DNA of 63,996 nucleotides, the filler included, from Atractiella rhizophila (lineage: Eukaryota): the NCBI GenBank assembly GCA_021432655.1. It is 45 parts of 45 records of this genome, joined end to end, with 100 filler letters (N's around TTAATTAATTAA, not from the genome) between each part and the next. Parts side by side here need not be neighbours in the genome. Positions count along the whole stretch, not along the records: positions 1 to 1,368 come from MU273001.1; positions 1,469 to 2,834 come from MU273002.1; positions 2,935 to 4,299 come from MU273003.1; positions 4,400 to 5,763 come from MU273004.1; positions 5,864 to 7,224 come from MU273005.1; positions 7,325 to 8,685 come from MU273006.1; positions 8,786 to 10,143 come from MU273007.1; positions 10,244 to 11,599 come from MU273008.1; 37 more parts are not named here. One strand, 5' to 3'. The position numbers and the translations under genes were made by a program. Below the pieces are notes generated by a model. It did not search any database. It saw nothing but the letters and a program-made list of their open reading frames with translations, and was not told where the DNA came from. Positions 1 to 11,699 of this stretch are shown here, in pieces. How positions within the stretch are numbered: position 1 is the stretch's first letter; every line of letters starts with the position of its first letter.

Positions 1-345
1 TCGGGATTCTGCTACTTCTAGTTTCTAGGCTATTATAATTTCATTCTAACTTTTACTCATTTCTATTAATCATCTCAAATAATTTAGGACAATCCAGATA
101 TCACGTTTGCATGTTTGGCCACATTAATTTGTTCTTGTCCTTTTCCCTCCTTCTGCCTTTTCTACTGTTGCTCATTTTGTGTGCCCCCGCACCTTGAGTG
201 AGGGGGGGTGTGAGAGAGGGACATACTACATGACTCCGTTTTACTTCGTCGTTTTCCTTCCCTTCGCTTGTTTCTCTCGCTTCGTTCATGTTCGTTCCCT
301 TTGCTCTCTCTCTCTTGTTCTCCACTCATCGGCACGTGTACATAG

Positions 346-1368
346 GGTTAGGGCCATCGCCAACCTGATTCCCCAGCGTTTCCACCATCTCATTTCGCTG
401 GGGATCAGCTCACAGCAAGAGTCTGGGTAATGTGGAACCGTCGTCAATGGGTTGCTTACTTCTTGGGAATCTTTGCCATAGTTGGCACAGCAGTTCAGGT
501 CTGGTCGTTTTCGGGGAACAAGCCGGTACCTTTGTAGGTCTTTCTAATTGTGGGAGATATAGGAGATAAATGCTAATGTGACCATAGACTGCCCGGGTTG
601 AGAGCATGCTACTCTACTTGACCAGGTGAAAAGTGATTTGTTTCTCCAACCAACATGAACGAGACCGACATTGTTGTAAAGATATATATGGCTTTATTGG
701 TTTGTGTACCCTGAACACTCTGAATCAGGTCACTGAGAGGAATGCTAGGCTTCCGCTTCTCCGTTATGACGCGACCGCAACGATATTCATGCTTGTGTCC
801 GTCTCGTCTGAACTCCCATCTGACTCGGTGATGACTTACTGAAGGCCGTTGGTCGCTCACATGCGGAACGCACCACTTTCGAAGGTCCTCTCAACCTTCA
901 TGAGTGATGGCGTTCTCTACTTCACCGTCGTGTCCCTCTGCAACCTGGTCAACATGATCTACTTCGGGTTTGTATTCATATCCTCGTCATATCCCCACGT
1001 TTCCAAACAGGCCTTTCTTTGAACTCACAACCTGAAACTTAGCATCCCTAAGGTACCCAATCCGGCTTTGAACGGACCGCTTGCCCTCACATTCACCACG
1101 ATGATGGCTTCTCGCATTGTGCTGCACCTTCGATCTGCTGCTCCAGGAATTCATAGCCAAAGCCAAAACACCGGCCCCAGTGGCTCCTCTAGGCACAGCA
1201 ATATCGTTCCAAAGTTTCGGAATGGTGATGTATCTGTGGTACCAGACGTCCATCTTCAGAGTGTAGGAAGGCAAATGGAAGGAGGTTTGCAAGTCAGTTA
1301 TGCTGGCGTGATAGTTGATGTCGAGACTGAGATAAATGTGGAAAAGAGGTCCGTCTGCTTGTCAACCG
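346..1368 (+). CDS. Partial multi-exon integral membrane protein of the basidiomycete DUF6533-like type
   Basis: Exon translations RVRAIA, LRYDATATIFML, FMSDGVLYFTVVSLCNLVNMIYFG and TTMMASRIVLHLR match the RVxAl / YD / RDGxxYF / SRxxLxLR pattern of this expanded family. Exon boundaries are approximate. Confidence 0.5.
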
Positions 1369-1468
1369 NNNNNNNNNNNNNNNNNNNNNNNNNNNNNNNN
1401 NNNNNNNNNNNNTTAATTAATTAANNNNNNNNNNNNNNNNNNNNNNNNNNNNNNNNNNNNNNNNNNNN
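1369..1468. other. Artificial contig linker N44-TTAATTAATTAA-N44 (first of 44 copies)
   Basis: Identical 100-nt spacer starts at 1369, 2835, 4300, 5764, 7225, 8686, 10144, 11600, 13055, 14506, 15952, 17390, 18826, 20261, 21696, 23131, 24565, 25999, 27432, 28864, 30294, 31720, 33146, 34571, 35995, 37418, 38839, 40260, 41681, 43100, 44516, 45929, 47340, 48750, 50150, 51545, 52937, 54326, 55714, 57098, 58481, 59863, 61244, 62624. The palindromic core places TAA stops in all six frames and the flanking contigs shrink in length along the window. Confidence 0.99.
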
Positions 1469-1814
1469 TCCACCAAGGGGTTGTCACTCCTTTCTCGTCC
1501 CAAAAATACATGACGATGGGAACACGGACCATTGCTTAGATAGCGATACTGCGCTTCTTCATAAAACCCATCACCGGTAAAGCTATACGATATTCCTCTT
1601 GTCTCCGGAGGGTTGAATGTGAAGTTGAGAGGATTAGCGAATGCCTGCTAGATGTCGGTGGGTAGAATGATGAGGGTACAAGACGTACGGGACCTGTAAC
1701 GACCGTATTCCCCCAGCCTGAGCACCAGGTTCCGGTAATATCTGTGACGTTGTACGGGAAGTCCTGCGCTCGCGAGAGGGCGAAAAGGAGTAGGGAAAGC
1801 CAGAGAGCAAACAT
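1469..1814 (-). CDS. ROT1: ER chaperone Rot1, 5' part
   Basis: Signal peptide MFALWLSLLLFALSRA, then ITGTWCSGWGNTVVTGP, intron, AFANPLNFTFNPPETRGISYSFTGDGFYEEAQYRY; matches the Rot1 GTWSS..VxTGP and GISYSFTxDGxYEEA motifs. Confidence 0.88.
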
Positions 1815-2296
1815 TTTGTCGTCCTCGTCACGAATATCTGTTCTCAATTCGGAGCATCATAATCCGACCGCAAGTCAAAGTTTCGTGACTCCCTGTCATG
1901 TTGCACATGTTTTTTATGCTCATTATCCCGTCATCCTTCCTGCTGCTCTTTTCTGCTGGCTGGTTGCAATGACTCCTGCTGGGCATTGCTGTGAAACTTT
2001 TGCTCCCAGATGTCAGTAGACTGCGGTTGTGAAGGTTACACAGACGTGGAAACAAAAGGCGCGAAGCTTTTAGTTTTGCTACTCTTATATTGATTGAACT
2101 GATTGTAATTCGAAAATGTGCTGGTTTACAGTCTTCACCTTCGAAGCAGAACTACGCAAGCAAGGGTTCAGTGACATGAGTTCGATAGCTCCAGGTGTTG
2201 TAACAAGCTGATCTTCTTCAATGTCTTGCACGAAGTCCTCGTTGAGGTACTAGATGGAGTCAACAACCTCGTCGGATGGGGCTTCTCTGCCAACGA

Positions 2297-2834
2297 CTAC
2301 GCTCGCTCTTTCCGTTTTTTCTTCTTTGGCCGGTCCGGTGGTGCTTCGTCGACATCCATGTCCTCCGCGAGGGGCTTTTCTCTGCAGCAACAAATCAGAT
2401 TTGATTTCCATGGGGAAATAAGCTACCTCACCCTGCTGAAGGAGCCTGCTCGTCGGCTGAGAGTTGGGTAAAGAGCGTGGCAACCTTCCGTATGATTTTG
2501 ACTAAAAGAGCCAAAATCTGGTTCACTGGAAGGTTTAACTCCGCCTGCAACCATGTGAGCGTGTCATGAAACCAAAAGGGATAACTCACTTCTATTGCTT
2601 CAATTGATTTACGCTGTAGGCTGAGTGCAAGTAGGATAGACTTTTGGACACCCGAGAGATCAAAATCTGGAGGTAACCTGCCTGAGAAGAACAGTAGTCC
2701 TATTCTAGGTAGCAGATCGACAATGACATGATAATCTAGCAGATTATTGCCGTATGCGCTCAGACGTTTCAGGTCAAATGGTGTGAGCATAGTGCGTATT
2801 TCTTGGGATGTCGCTGGATAAAGGATAAGTAGAG
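2297..2834 (-). CDS. KRE33: RNA cytidine acetyltransferase Kre33/NAT10, 3' end
   Basis: TPFDLKRLSAYGNNLLDYHVIVDLLP...LSGVQKSILLALSLQRKSIEAIE|AELNLPVNQILALLVKIIRK, then a last exon with a basic tail (DRPKKKKRKERA*, stop at 2299-2297). Confidence 0.93.
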
Positions 2835-2934
2835 NNNNNNNNNNNNNNNNNNNNNNNNNNNNNNNNNNNNNNNNNNNNTTAATTAATTAANNNNNNNNNN
2901 NNNNNNNNNNNNNNNNNNNNNNNNNNNNNNNNNN

Positions 2935-3682
2935 AGTACAAAAACTGTAGCAACACTCTCGTATTCAGCGAAACTTATGCAGAAGGCTAATCAGCATATG
3001 AAGGCGTTTCAAGAAGATGAGGACTTGCAACCAAATATCTGGTTTAGTCACCCTCCGCTGGGGTGGATGGAGGATCCTCTGGAAATCTATCGCACGAGGT
3101 TGAAAATGGATTTAAAGCAGTGGTCTCAAATGGCAAGGAATATTCTGTCAATTCCTGGTTTGGGTTTCCTTCATTTGTCTTCTTATTCAATTCTGAGGCT
3201 GATTATTCATTTTTAGGCTGTTCGGTAGCTGTGGAACGCATCTTCAGCGGAGCACGAGATACGATAGGGATCCGCCGCGCATGCCTCAAACCCAACACTA
3301 TTCAGTCTCTCATGGTTCTTAAGGCTCAGCTACGATTGGAGAGAGATCGAAAGGCAAAGAAACTAAAGGCGGATCTGGCTGCCATTCCGAAAGGAACTTC
3401 AAGTTGAGCAGGTTGAAAAGTTCTTTATACATACATTCACATCTTGACTTCTCAGCTTCACTCAATGCGCTTTATTTTACATTATCTAGCCTAGTAATGT
3501 CAACATTGCATGTCATTACACGACATGAGGCGTTTGCCAGCTACAAACCCGTTACCGCCACCTTTGATGTGCGACTCAGCGGATGGGAACACGTCTCCCC
3601 GTACACGCCAGTATTTACTTGATGTGACGAAGCTCATGTAGCCCCCTACACACGCCACGCCACGCCACATTGTGTATCCCTA
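2935..3682 (+). mobile_element. hAT DNA transposon 3' end: transposase dimerisation domain (stop at 3407) plus probable right terminus
   Basis: WSQMARNILSIPG|CSVAVERIFSGARDTIGIRRACLKPNTIQSLMVLK is the hAT dimerisation motif. The region ends in GTATCCCTA at 3682 (reverse complement TAGGGATAC, Ac-like terminus) preceded by tandem CACGC repeats. Confidence 0.88.
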
Positions 3683-4399
3683 ACCACCTCGGAAAACAAC
3701 TTTCGTCAGCAAAGGCTGCTGGAAAAGGGGCTGTTGAGAAACAGCAATGCAGCCACGATCTCTGCTATGATGACTATCGCTGCTCAAGGGTAGTTAAAAT
3801 GCGAGGAAGGTGCGGTTTCAAGGTTGTGAATAGGAAGTGGTGAAGGGAAGACAGAGAACTTCAGTTAAAGAAGGGAACTCGATAATGACTTCCCCAAGCC
3901 TTCGTTGGTATCTGTCGTGTCGATTAACAACGGGAAAGGGAGGATGATTCTTAGGATGGACAGCATAAGTTATGTACATTCTTTGACTTAACAATGGCGC
4001 GTAATTGTATGACGCTTGTCTCAACACCAGTATGATTGCGTGGGAAGAAATGTCCAGCTAGATTCGGTAGCTTGCGGATTCGACTTACGAGCAAAAGTCT
4101 CTAAGACAGTCCCTGCAGGTTCTACCTTATTGGGTAATGTGTAAACAGTCCAATGCGCATCCTTCTTATTGCTTCGGGTATGTCAATGCTTCTGAGCGAT
4201 TCAGAATGCAAAAACCAGTTTAAGCAGCAGCTAGCATCAAATGAGACCATCACGCCAGCCCATCAAAGTGGATGTGACACAGCTCTTGCAGCTCTGAATN
4301 NNNNNNNNNNNNNNNNNNNNNNNNNNNNNNNNNNNNNNNNNNNTTAATTAATTAANNNNNNNNNNNNNNNNNNNNNNNNNNNNNNNNNNNNNNNNNNNN

Positions 4400-4608
4400 T
4401 CTTACATGTTTCATCTACTCTCCTCTACACTCTGTGGCAGTGGTATTCCGCTTGTATATATAGATCGGAGAGTAGTGGAGGTGACCTTAGAGTAGTATTC
4501 TCTTAATCTCCACTACAGGTTAGTCTTCATGTCATATCATGCACTTAGGTTTATCTCCACTACAGACGCATCGCCCATCGGTGACCGCACATAGTGTCAG
4601 CTCTAACA
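4400..4608 (-). repeat. Partial LTR-like repeat, copy A, inverted relative to copy B
   Basis: Reverse complement begins TGTTAGAGCTGACACTATGTGCGGTC and aligns by eye to 5003-5214 (shared GTGGAGRTAAACCTAAG, ACTCTAAGGTCACC, TGAAACANGTAAGA). Confidence 0.8.
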
Positions 4609-5002
4609 GAGACATAACTAGAACGAAGTGAAGAGACCAACAACCACCAGCTGGGAAAGCCCTGTGAAAGATCATAATCCAACAGTGGTTCCACTGTCTC
4701 TGGGAGGGGTAGTCTGGAGTCCAGCAATTGTAAAATTCGATTGTTTGTGTTTTGACGTCGGACCTCAGTTGCACAATTTCGTTTGCATTCTGGGAGGTTT
4801 GCGCGTTTTGTTGGTTGAAACTTGTTATGAGGTCTTGTTCGAGTTTTTGAACTGCATTTCAGTTGTGAGGTGTAGAGTTTGGAACATCCTTTCTAAGTGA
4901 TGGATGTGTTCTTCACTCGTCGGCGGTCACGTGTTTCCATATCTCCCCAAACCTCCAACATGTTTTAAGTTTGATTTTTGAAAAGGAGAGAGAGTATTCT
5001 TC

Positions 5003-5490
5003 TGTTAGGGCAAACACTATGTGTGGTCGCCGTCGGGTGATGTGTCTGAGTGGAGGTAAACCTAAGAGAATAGTATGGCATGAGAAGACTAACCTGTAGT
5101 GGAGGTAAATCTAAGAGAATACTCTAAGGTCACCACCACTACATCTCGATGTATATATGCATATGTAAAGGCACTGCCATAAACTGTAATGTATGTTTCT
5201 TGAAACAGGTAAGAATGCTAGATCAGGAAAGCAATAAAGGGAATACTTGGAAATAAGATATACTGAGCAGTACTAGTGAGAAAGGATAATAAGGCGAAAA
5301 TGGAGACGGTGCAGACCGGCAAAACGCTTAAGGTTTGCTGAGCGGCGATTCGTGTGAGAAAGGGAAAGCGGCAGATAGCACAGGCATAAGCAAAGTGGCG
5401 ATGGGTAAGCACGTGATCCTATGACGTGGCAAAGTAGGTCACGTGACTTCAGATGGTGCATTTCAGTAATGCGTAGGGACAAGCCTGACA
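5003..5490 (+). mobile_element. Solo LTR-like repeat, copy B (about 490 bp)
   Basis: Starts TGTTAGG and ends CCTGACA (TG...CA, near-perfect 7-bp inverted termini); homology with copies A and C starts at the TG. No target-site duplication is visible. Confidence 0.65.
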
Positions 5491-6189
5491 GATAGGAAGA
5501 ATCCTAGGTGACTTTCTTCTACAATGTATGCTTCCCAGTGTGGTAGGAAGAATCCTAGTCTCAACATCCTGGACAAGCTGGTCAAAGAGGTCAGTACAAA
5601 CATCAAAAAGTGGCTGATAAGAGCAGTCTGCAGCTCTTGAGCAACAGTGTTCCCTATGTGGTCAAACATTCTGTTTAGCATGCAAGAGATTCCCCACTTC
5701 TACCATCCCCTTTACTCATTTGGTACTTGGTATGAGAAGGCTCACTGCGTCAATGCCAAATGTNNNNNNNNNNNNNNNNNNNNNNNNNNNNNNNNNNNNN
5801 NNNNNNNTTAATTAATTAANNNNNNNNNNNNNNNNNNNNNNNNNNNNNNNNNNNNNNNNNNNNGAAATCCGGAGAATAACATGGCAATCTAACAGTGTAA
5901 CCACCAAAGAGAAGTTGCCACTGTAAGTAACGGCGGAGCCTTTGTTGACGATACGAGACAAACTTATGCGTTCAGAATTTCTCAGCAGAGAGAGCACATT
6001 GACAAGGAGCGCTAGTCTGTTAAATACTACGTCAATGGTCATACCTCCTACATTCATTACTATTGTCTTCGGGTATGATAGACCAACAAAGAGAACAGTT
6101 CCACCACTGTCAAACCTACGGAAATTCTTCCGTTATGACTGCTCCCCGAAGCCATTTTAGATGATGTGCAACCCACCAAAGTATTACTT

Positions 6190-7224
6190 ACCACAGCAGT
6201 TCAAAGTAAGAACACAAGATGAAAATGCTTAAAAGTACAGGATGCGGGAGAAACGGCGACGAGAGGTACATCGGGAAGAACAACTGCCTCCAACTGTCAG
6301 CTGAAGTGGATTGGACGAGCAACGCACCTTCGAAAACACAAAAGCATAGTACAGGTTTCTGTTTGAGCTTAGGTCCCCTGGTGGAAGGTCTCTTGGCGAA
6401 TGGTGATAAGAGAGACCTGTTGTTGCGCTGTCATCGATGTGAGGCTGCGGCAATGCAAGTGGCGCTGGGAGTGACAGCTTTCGTTCCGCCTGCGGCTTCA
6501 TTGGCTTCACTGTGATAATGTGGCATATCTCAGAGAATTGCTTACAGGAGTCAGATCAGGTTCTTCTTTTTCAGGTGTCAAACGCTCAGGGGTAAGTGGT
6601 ACGAGCGCTCCCTCCTCTTCATCAATGGTCACACTCTGCTCTCTTGCCTAGCCCATAATCAGTTCAGCTATAGAGATGTAGAATAGGCTCACCACATCTC
6701 CCTTCACTCTTTCCAACACCATCAAAACCTCCCTGCAACCCGGTCGCTTGTCCATTTCAATGGATATCAGCCTCTCCATCAAGAGTAGAAGTGATAGGGG
6801 GAGTGGTCGTCCATGGTGAGCGTGTTGTGAAGCGATAAAACCACCATACGAAAGAATTTCAGCGCGTAAGAGATCCACTTCTGTGTGTTGATAGGGCAGA
6901 TGGAAGTAAGATAAGAGGTGGAGGATGAGCCCTATATATTTAATTTAGTTCGTTTGTGAGATCACCAAAATGGCAAAGTTGTACCGAGTGACCACAAGTC
7001 TGATTTTGAGGAAAGTTCCGGAAATTTGCCAGTCTTGGGATTGATTGAAAGTGCTTCAGGACACACCTGCGATCAATGCGATTAGAAAAGAGCCTGATAT
7101 CGAGATAGCCGCGACGAACGTAGTCTAAGGTTCCAGTTGTTCCCGCTGTCGCCGAATAATCAGTAATGCTCTCAAGAAAGAGAAGCCGCAACGAACTCCG
7201 TCGAACGAACCAACTCTCCCCCCA
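6190..7224 (-). CDS. Protein kinase, C-lobe and C-terminal membrane segment, IKS1-like
   Basis: GTTGTLDY|MCPEALQINPKTGKFPELSSKSDLWSLG|LILHLLSYFHLPY...LLRAEILSYGGF...LISIEMDKRPGCREVL (subdomains VIII-XI), followed by a hydrophobic exon LFFPMYLSSPFLPHPVLLSIFILCSYFELLW. Confidence 0.7.
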
Positions 7225-7845
7225 NNNNNNNNNNNNNNNNNNNNNNNNNNNNNNNNNNNNNNNNNNNNTTAATTAATTAANNNNNNNNNNNNNNNNNNNN
7301 NNNNNNNNNNNNNNNNNNNNNNNNGTTGGTTTCGGTTGGTTGGTTTTGATCTGGTCACGGTGATGTTATGTCATGTTCTGCTCCATCGATGCTAATCCGT
7401 AGTTAATCCCTTTCTCCGAGCAGCGGGTCATGCGCGCGGGGTAAGGAGTCACGCTGCAAATATTATAAGGGGGCAGTGGTAACCGTCTTCAGTGATACTA
7501 CATTCGTCCAACTCTTCCATTGTACAGTGTGAGGTCCGATTCAGCTTTTATCCCACAAGGTTTGCTCTCCCAAAATGCCAGTGTCAAACAATGCCGAGCT
7601 CCAAGCGACCATGATTTGATATGCCCCACGGGGGTGCCTGCAGATGGCACGTAACTTTGCTCGTCGTTGGAGTTCTGAAGCTGAAATGACCAGTTCGAGA
7701 GAACTCATCTAATGAGCATATTGACATTGCACACTTAAGAACGCTGACATCTTTTGCCTATTTGTTGTAGTTATCGATGCAGAATCGCGATCTCGAGAGA
7801 GTATCAACGACTACAGAACATACGACCAATTCCAACGTTAGCGCC

Positions 7846-8685
7846 ATGTCATCTTCGCCAGAATTAAAACCGCTATCAGCTGAGGCTCATATCTCTTTCC
7901 CATCACTCGCGTCACTCAAGTTAAGCGATGACGGCTCAAAAGTTGTCTACCTCGTCTCTCCCTCGTACAAAGCGCATGATCAAGAACATAGCAGCTCAGC
8001 GATCTGGATTGCTGACCTCACCTCCGACGCTCCGAAGTCTAGGCAGCTTACCAGTGGCAAGTTCAAGGACCGGAGTCCAATTTTTCATCCAGATGGGAAA
8101 CGTGTGCTCTTCCTCAGTGATAGGCACGAGCGCGGTGGCCCTGCAGCTATCTATGAAATGCATCTTGATGGATTTGGAGGGGAGCCGGTGCGTTTGGTAG
8201 AGGGGAAGGAGAAGGAGAAGAAGGAGGTGCAAAAGTTTAGAGTGACGCCAGATGGCAAGAACTTAGTATTCTCCAAACCGGTGGAACCTACAGAGGAGGA
8301 GCAGAAGCAGGAAAAAGAGAAGGTATTCTCTGCCCTCGCAATTTATATTGAAATGGTGACACTAAACGTCGGAGTAGGACGATGCAACGGATCACGATGC
8401 TCCTAGACGCACTACCCTGGCCGCTCTCTTCATTTACAACTTCGCTTCCAAAACAACCCGGCAAATACCCACCCCTCCCAATAGAAATGTCTTCGACTTC
8501 TCTATATCCCCCACATCCAAGGTCGTCGCCGTTTTCACTTCTCCTTCCTCCCTATTAGAGCACCAGGTGACTGGGGCGGAGCTTTCTCTGATCTCCCTTC
8601 AAACCGCCAGCCAAACCGTGGCCCACCCTGTTCCGTGGCCCAAATGTACATCGGGGACAGTTTGCTGGCTGGAGGAGGGGAATGA
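7846..8685 (+). CDS. S9 (acylaminoacyl/dipeptidyl) peptidase, N-terminal beta-propeller, partial
   Basis: Repeated propeller blades LSDDGSKVVY, RQLTSGKFKDRSPIFHPDGKRVLFLSDR, VTPDGKNLVF; one intron at about 8323-8378; the frame continues to the contig end. Catalytic domain is outside the contig. Confidence 0.75.
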
Positions 8686-8821
8686 NNNNNNNNNNNNNNN
8701 NNNNNNNNNNNNNNNNNNNNNNNNNNNNNTTAATTAATTAANNNNNNNNNNNNNNNNNNNNNNNNNNNNNNNNNNNNNNNNNNNNCCAGCTTGGATCCTT
8801 TAACAATATCCTATACTGACT

Positions 8822-10143
8822 ATGACGACTCGATTGAGGAGGCTACTTTCCAGAAAAACACCGAAGAAAGACCATGCTGCAGTTTATGCCTTTCAAGTTA
8901 GCAATCAGAATGAGAAATCTGCCTTCGAGAGACTTCCACCTGAGATCCTTCTTGTCATATTCTCTAGCTTTATACCGCCCATGGGGCACACTGGGTGGTA
9001 CCTGATCCCACCGTTTCTATATGGGTACGCTTTTTTAATTGATCTCAACAGACCTTGAACTGAGACAAACAAAGATACTCCTCCTTAACATCTCTCGCGC
9101 TCACATGTCGCTCTCTTCTGTCTCCCGCCCGCTTCTCTCTTTATTCTCATCCGCGAATATCGAGCTTTAGAGCTCTACAATGCTTCTATCAGACAATAAG
9201 TACTGTTGATACCCTGCGAGAAATGGTACAAGAGATGGAGCTCCAATTCGATGTTTTACAGGATGGAAGAGGGAGGAACACGACATTCCTGGTCAATAGC
9301 GAGGTGGAAAAGCTGCCTAAAGTCGACATATCTATTGAGATGAGGATGTTAGGCATCTGTCGGTTATCTGCAGTTTCATTTTTAGGTAGGACTCCTTCAA
9401 ATCCACACATAACCTGATGAGCATACACAGGCTGGCCAACATACCAATTTTCCACTACCCTCTCTGCTCTCCGTCTCTCATCTTTTTCCACCCTCCGACA
9501 GTTGTCCATCACCTCTCCAAGCCGAACAACGTTACAAGCATTTCCCTCCTTCTTGCCATACCTCACGAAACTCTCCTTTCTTTCCCTCGTCAATGCTCTT
9601 GCTCCTTCTCCTTCAGATGTGCCATGGACACAAGGTTATCCTAATTATCCGCTCAAGGAATTAAGGATGATTGACTGCAATGTCTGTTCGGCAGGAGTAC
9701 GAGGATTGTTAGGCGATGGGAAAGTCAGGCGACTTGTGCTGAGGGGCAGCATGAATGGGGCTTTCTGGTGTGACATGTTGCAAGTTCGACCAGAAATGAA
9801 GACATCGCTGGAGGACCTGGAATGGCTTGACGGCCCGTACATTTATGACGACAATCTGCTTTACCTCGGTTTACGGGACTTTTTGCATGGACTTCCGAGG
9901 CTCAAATCTCTTCGGTTGTCCTATAATCAGTTGTGGCAGCTCTTAGGCGTGCGCAACGAGGACCCCAGGCTAGAGAACTTGCTCCTTCAACGAGAAGGAG
10001 GGGTCGCATTTAGACTGGAGAGGTTGAGACTGGATGCACATCCTGGAGATTTTCCAACTGGATGGAAAGAATATATGAGTGATGAGGAGGAATATGAGTC
10101 GCCAGAATGGGAATTTATGAAGAGTGCGCAGAAAGAGATGAGG
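8822..10143 (+). CDS. F-box-like protein with leucine-rich C-terminal region, partial
   Basis: AFERLPPEILLVIF F-box start, then SLALTCRSLLSPARFSLYSHPRI and LRR-like LKELRM, LEDLEW, LPRLKSLRLS. Confidence 0.6.
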
Positions 10144-11699
10144 NNNNNNNNNNNNNNNNNNNNNNNNNNNNNNNNNNNNNNNNNNNNTTAATTAATTAAN
10201 NNNNNNNNNNNNNNNNNNNNNNNNNNNNNNNNNNNNNNNNNNNCTCTGACCTGGCGAATGACACTGCTGCTGCTTGCTTGAAGTAGTCGTCGCTCACTTT
10301 GCCCTTTTCTCTGTCCACTCATCATCTTGCATCATCTTCTCCAGATCATTCAAGAGTAGAAGAAGCAGCGTAAGATATGGCAGCACCGACGAGTTGTCCT
10401 GGCTTCAACACGCCCAAGTGCAAAGGTCTGCTGCCCGAAGGAGCGGCGAGGTGTCCAACATGTTTGAAGCAGGGCGTGACGAGCAGGTGGTGTTCCAAAG
10501 GTTCGTCTTTGGAATTCCAGCTTTAGAATTCGAGAAGACTGATGAAATGCTGTCGCCCAGAGTGCTTTGCTGATAATTGTACGTCTCCTCTCTTTAGATT
10601 AATCTACGGCTGATCCTGCTACAGTCGTGAGTGATTTGATCTCGGTTTCGTCTATATCGCCTCGATTTATGTTTCTTTTCTTAATCTGATTAACTCGTTG
10701 AACAAAGGATTCCTAATAAAACAGGAATACAGCACATGTCTTTCATTTGTAGTCAAGAAAGGCATCTCCTGCTCAACCAAGAGCATGATGTCAGTGATGT
10801 TTGAAACACTTCTTACCTTCAAATACCGCGCTCCATTCCGCAAATTCACGCTGGGAGATGCTCTAATGCACACATTTTATCCACAGGGAGCAAATACTTC
10901 ATTTGCGTGCTTTTCGTCCAAATATAAAGCAAGAGCCTTTCCAGGTCTCGCTGTATTGCATTTACGCCTAAATCTCCTGGTATCTCTTTCCAAAAAACAC
11001 AATTCCATTTATATCTCAACATCGCTGTGTCACAAAGTGGCACAGCTCTATTGTTGTTGGATCTTGAAAATATCGATTTTGTAATGATGTTTGCGTGTGA
11101 TTATTCTGCAGGTTGCACACAGTTTTTCAATCGTTCGAGTCTTTTGATAGGTCCATCAAAGATATTAGTCTCACTGTCTCAAGTTCCGGAGCAGTACGTT
11201 CCATCACATTTTCTCAAACTTCTTGATTGCAGTTGCAATTGCAAAGGAGTGTGTGGTCAGGCAAGGAAGTCACTATCTTTCTCCATACGTTTGAGTGTCG
11301 AGTTCTAAACGAGATTTTTCTATCTCAGCTGAACCAAATAGCTTTACGAGATCATTACCACCTAACTCCTGAAAGCGACATTCTCAGTTTTACTGACATC
11401 CTGTTGAACTAGCCAAAACACAAATTGCTACACAAAGGTGGGTAATCTCATTCGTCAGGCAGCACCTCTCACCGTGTCCCATCATTCAAGCGCACGATCC
11501 ATACCCGAAAAAAGCGTACACCGGAACACTTCGAGCTTCGTTCCCAGCATCCGTTCGTTCAGTGCCATCAGACATCCAACAACGACAGGTGCCCGCTCAN
11601 NNNNNNNNNNNNNNNNNNNNNNNNNNNNNNNNNNNNNNNNNNNTTAATTAATTAANNNNNNNNNNNNNNNNNNNNNNNNNNNNNNNNNNNNNNNNNNNN

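Noticed and set aside
1413..1424. Regularly spaced TTAATTAATTAA palindromes as a biological repeat or CRISPR-like array
   Set aside because: Always centred in 44+44 Ns; an assembly linker. ORFs ending in X...LIN or X...N are artefacts of it.
10244..11599. Short overlapping ORFs on both strands
   Set aside because: No recognisable motifs and many stops; no call can be supported.
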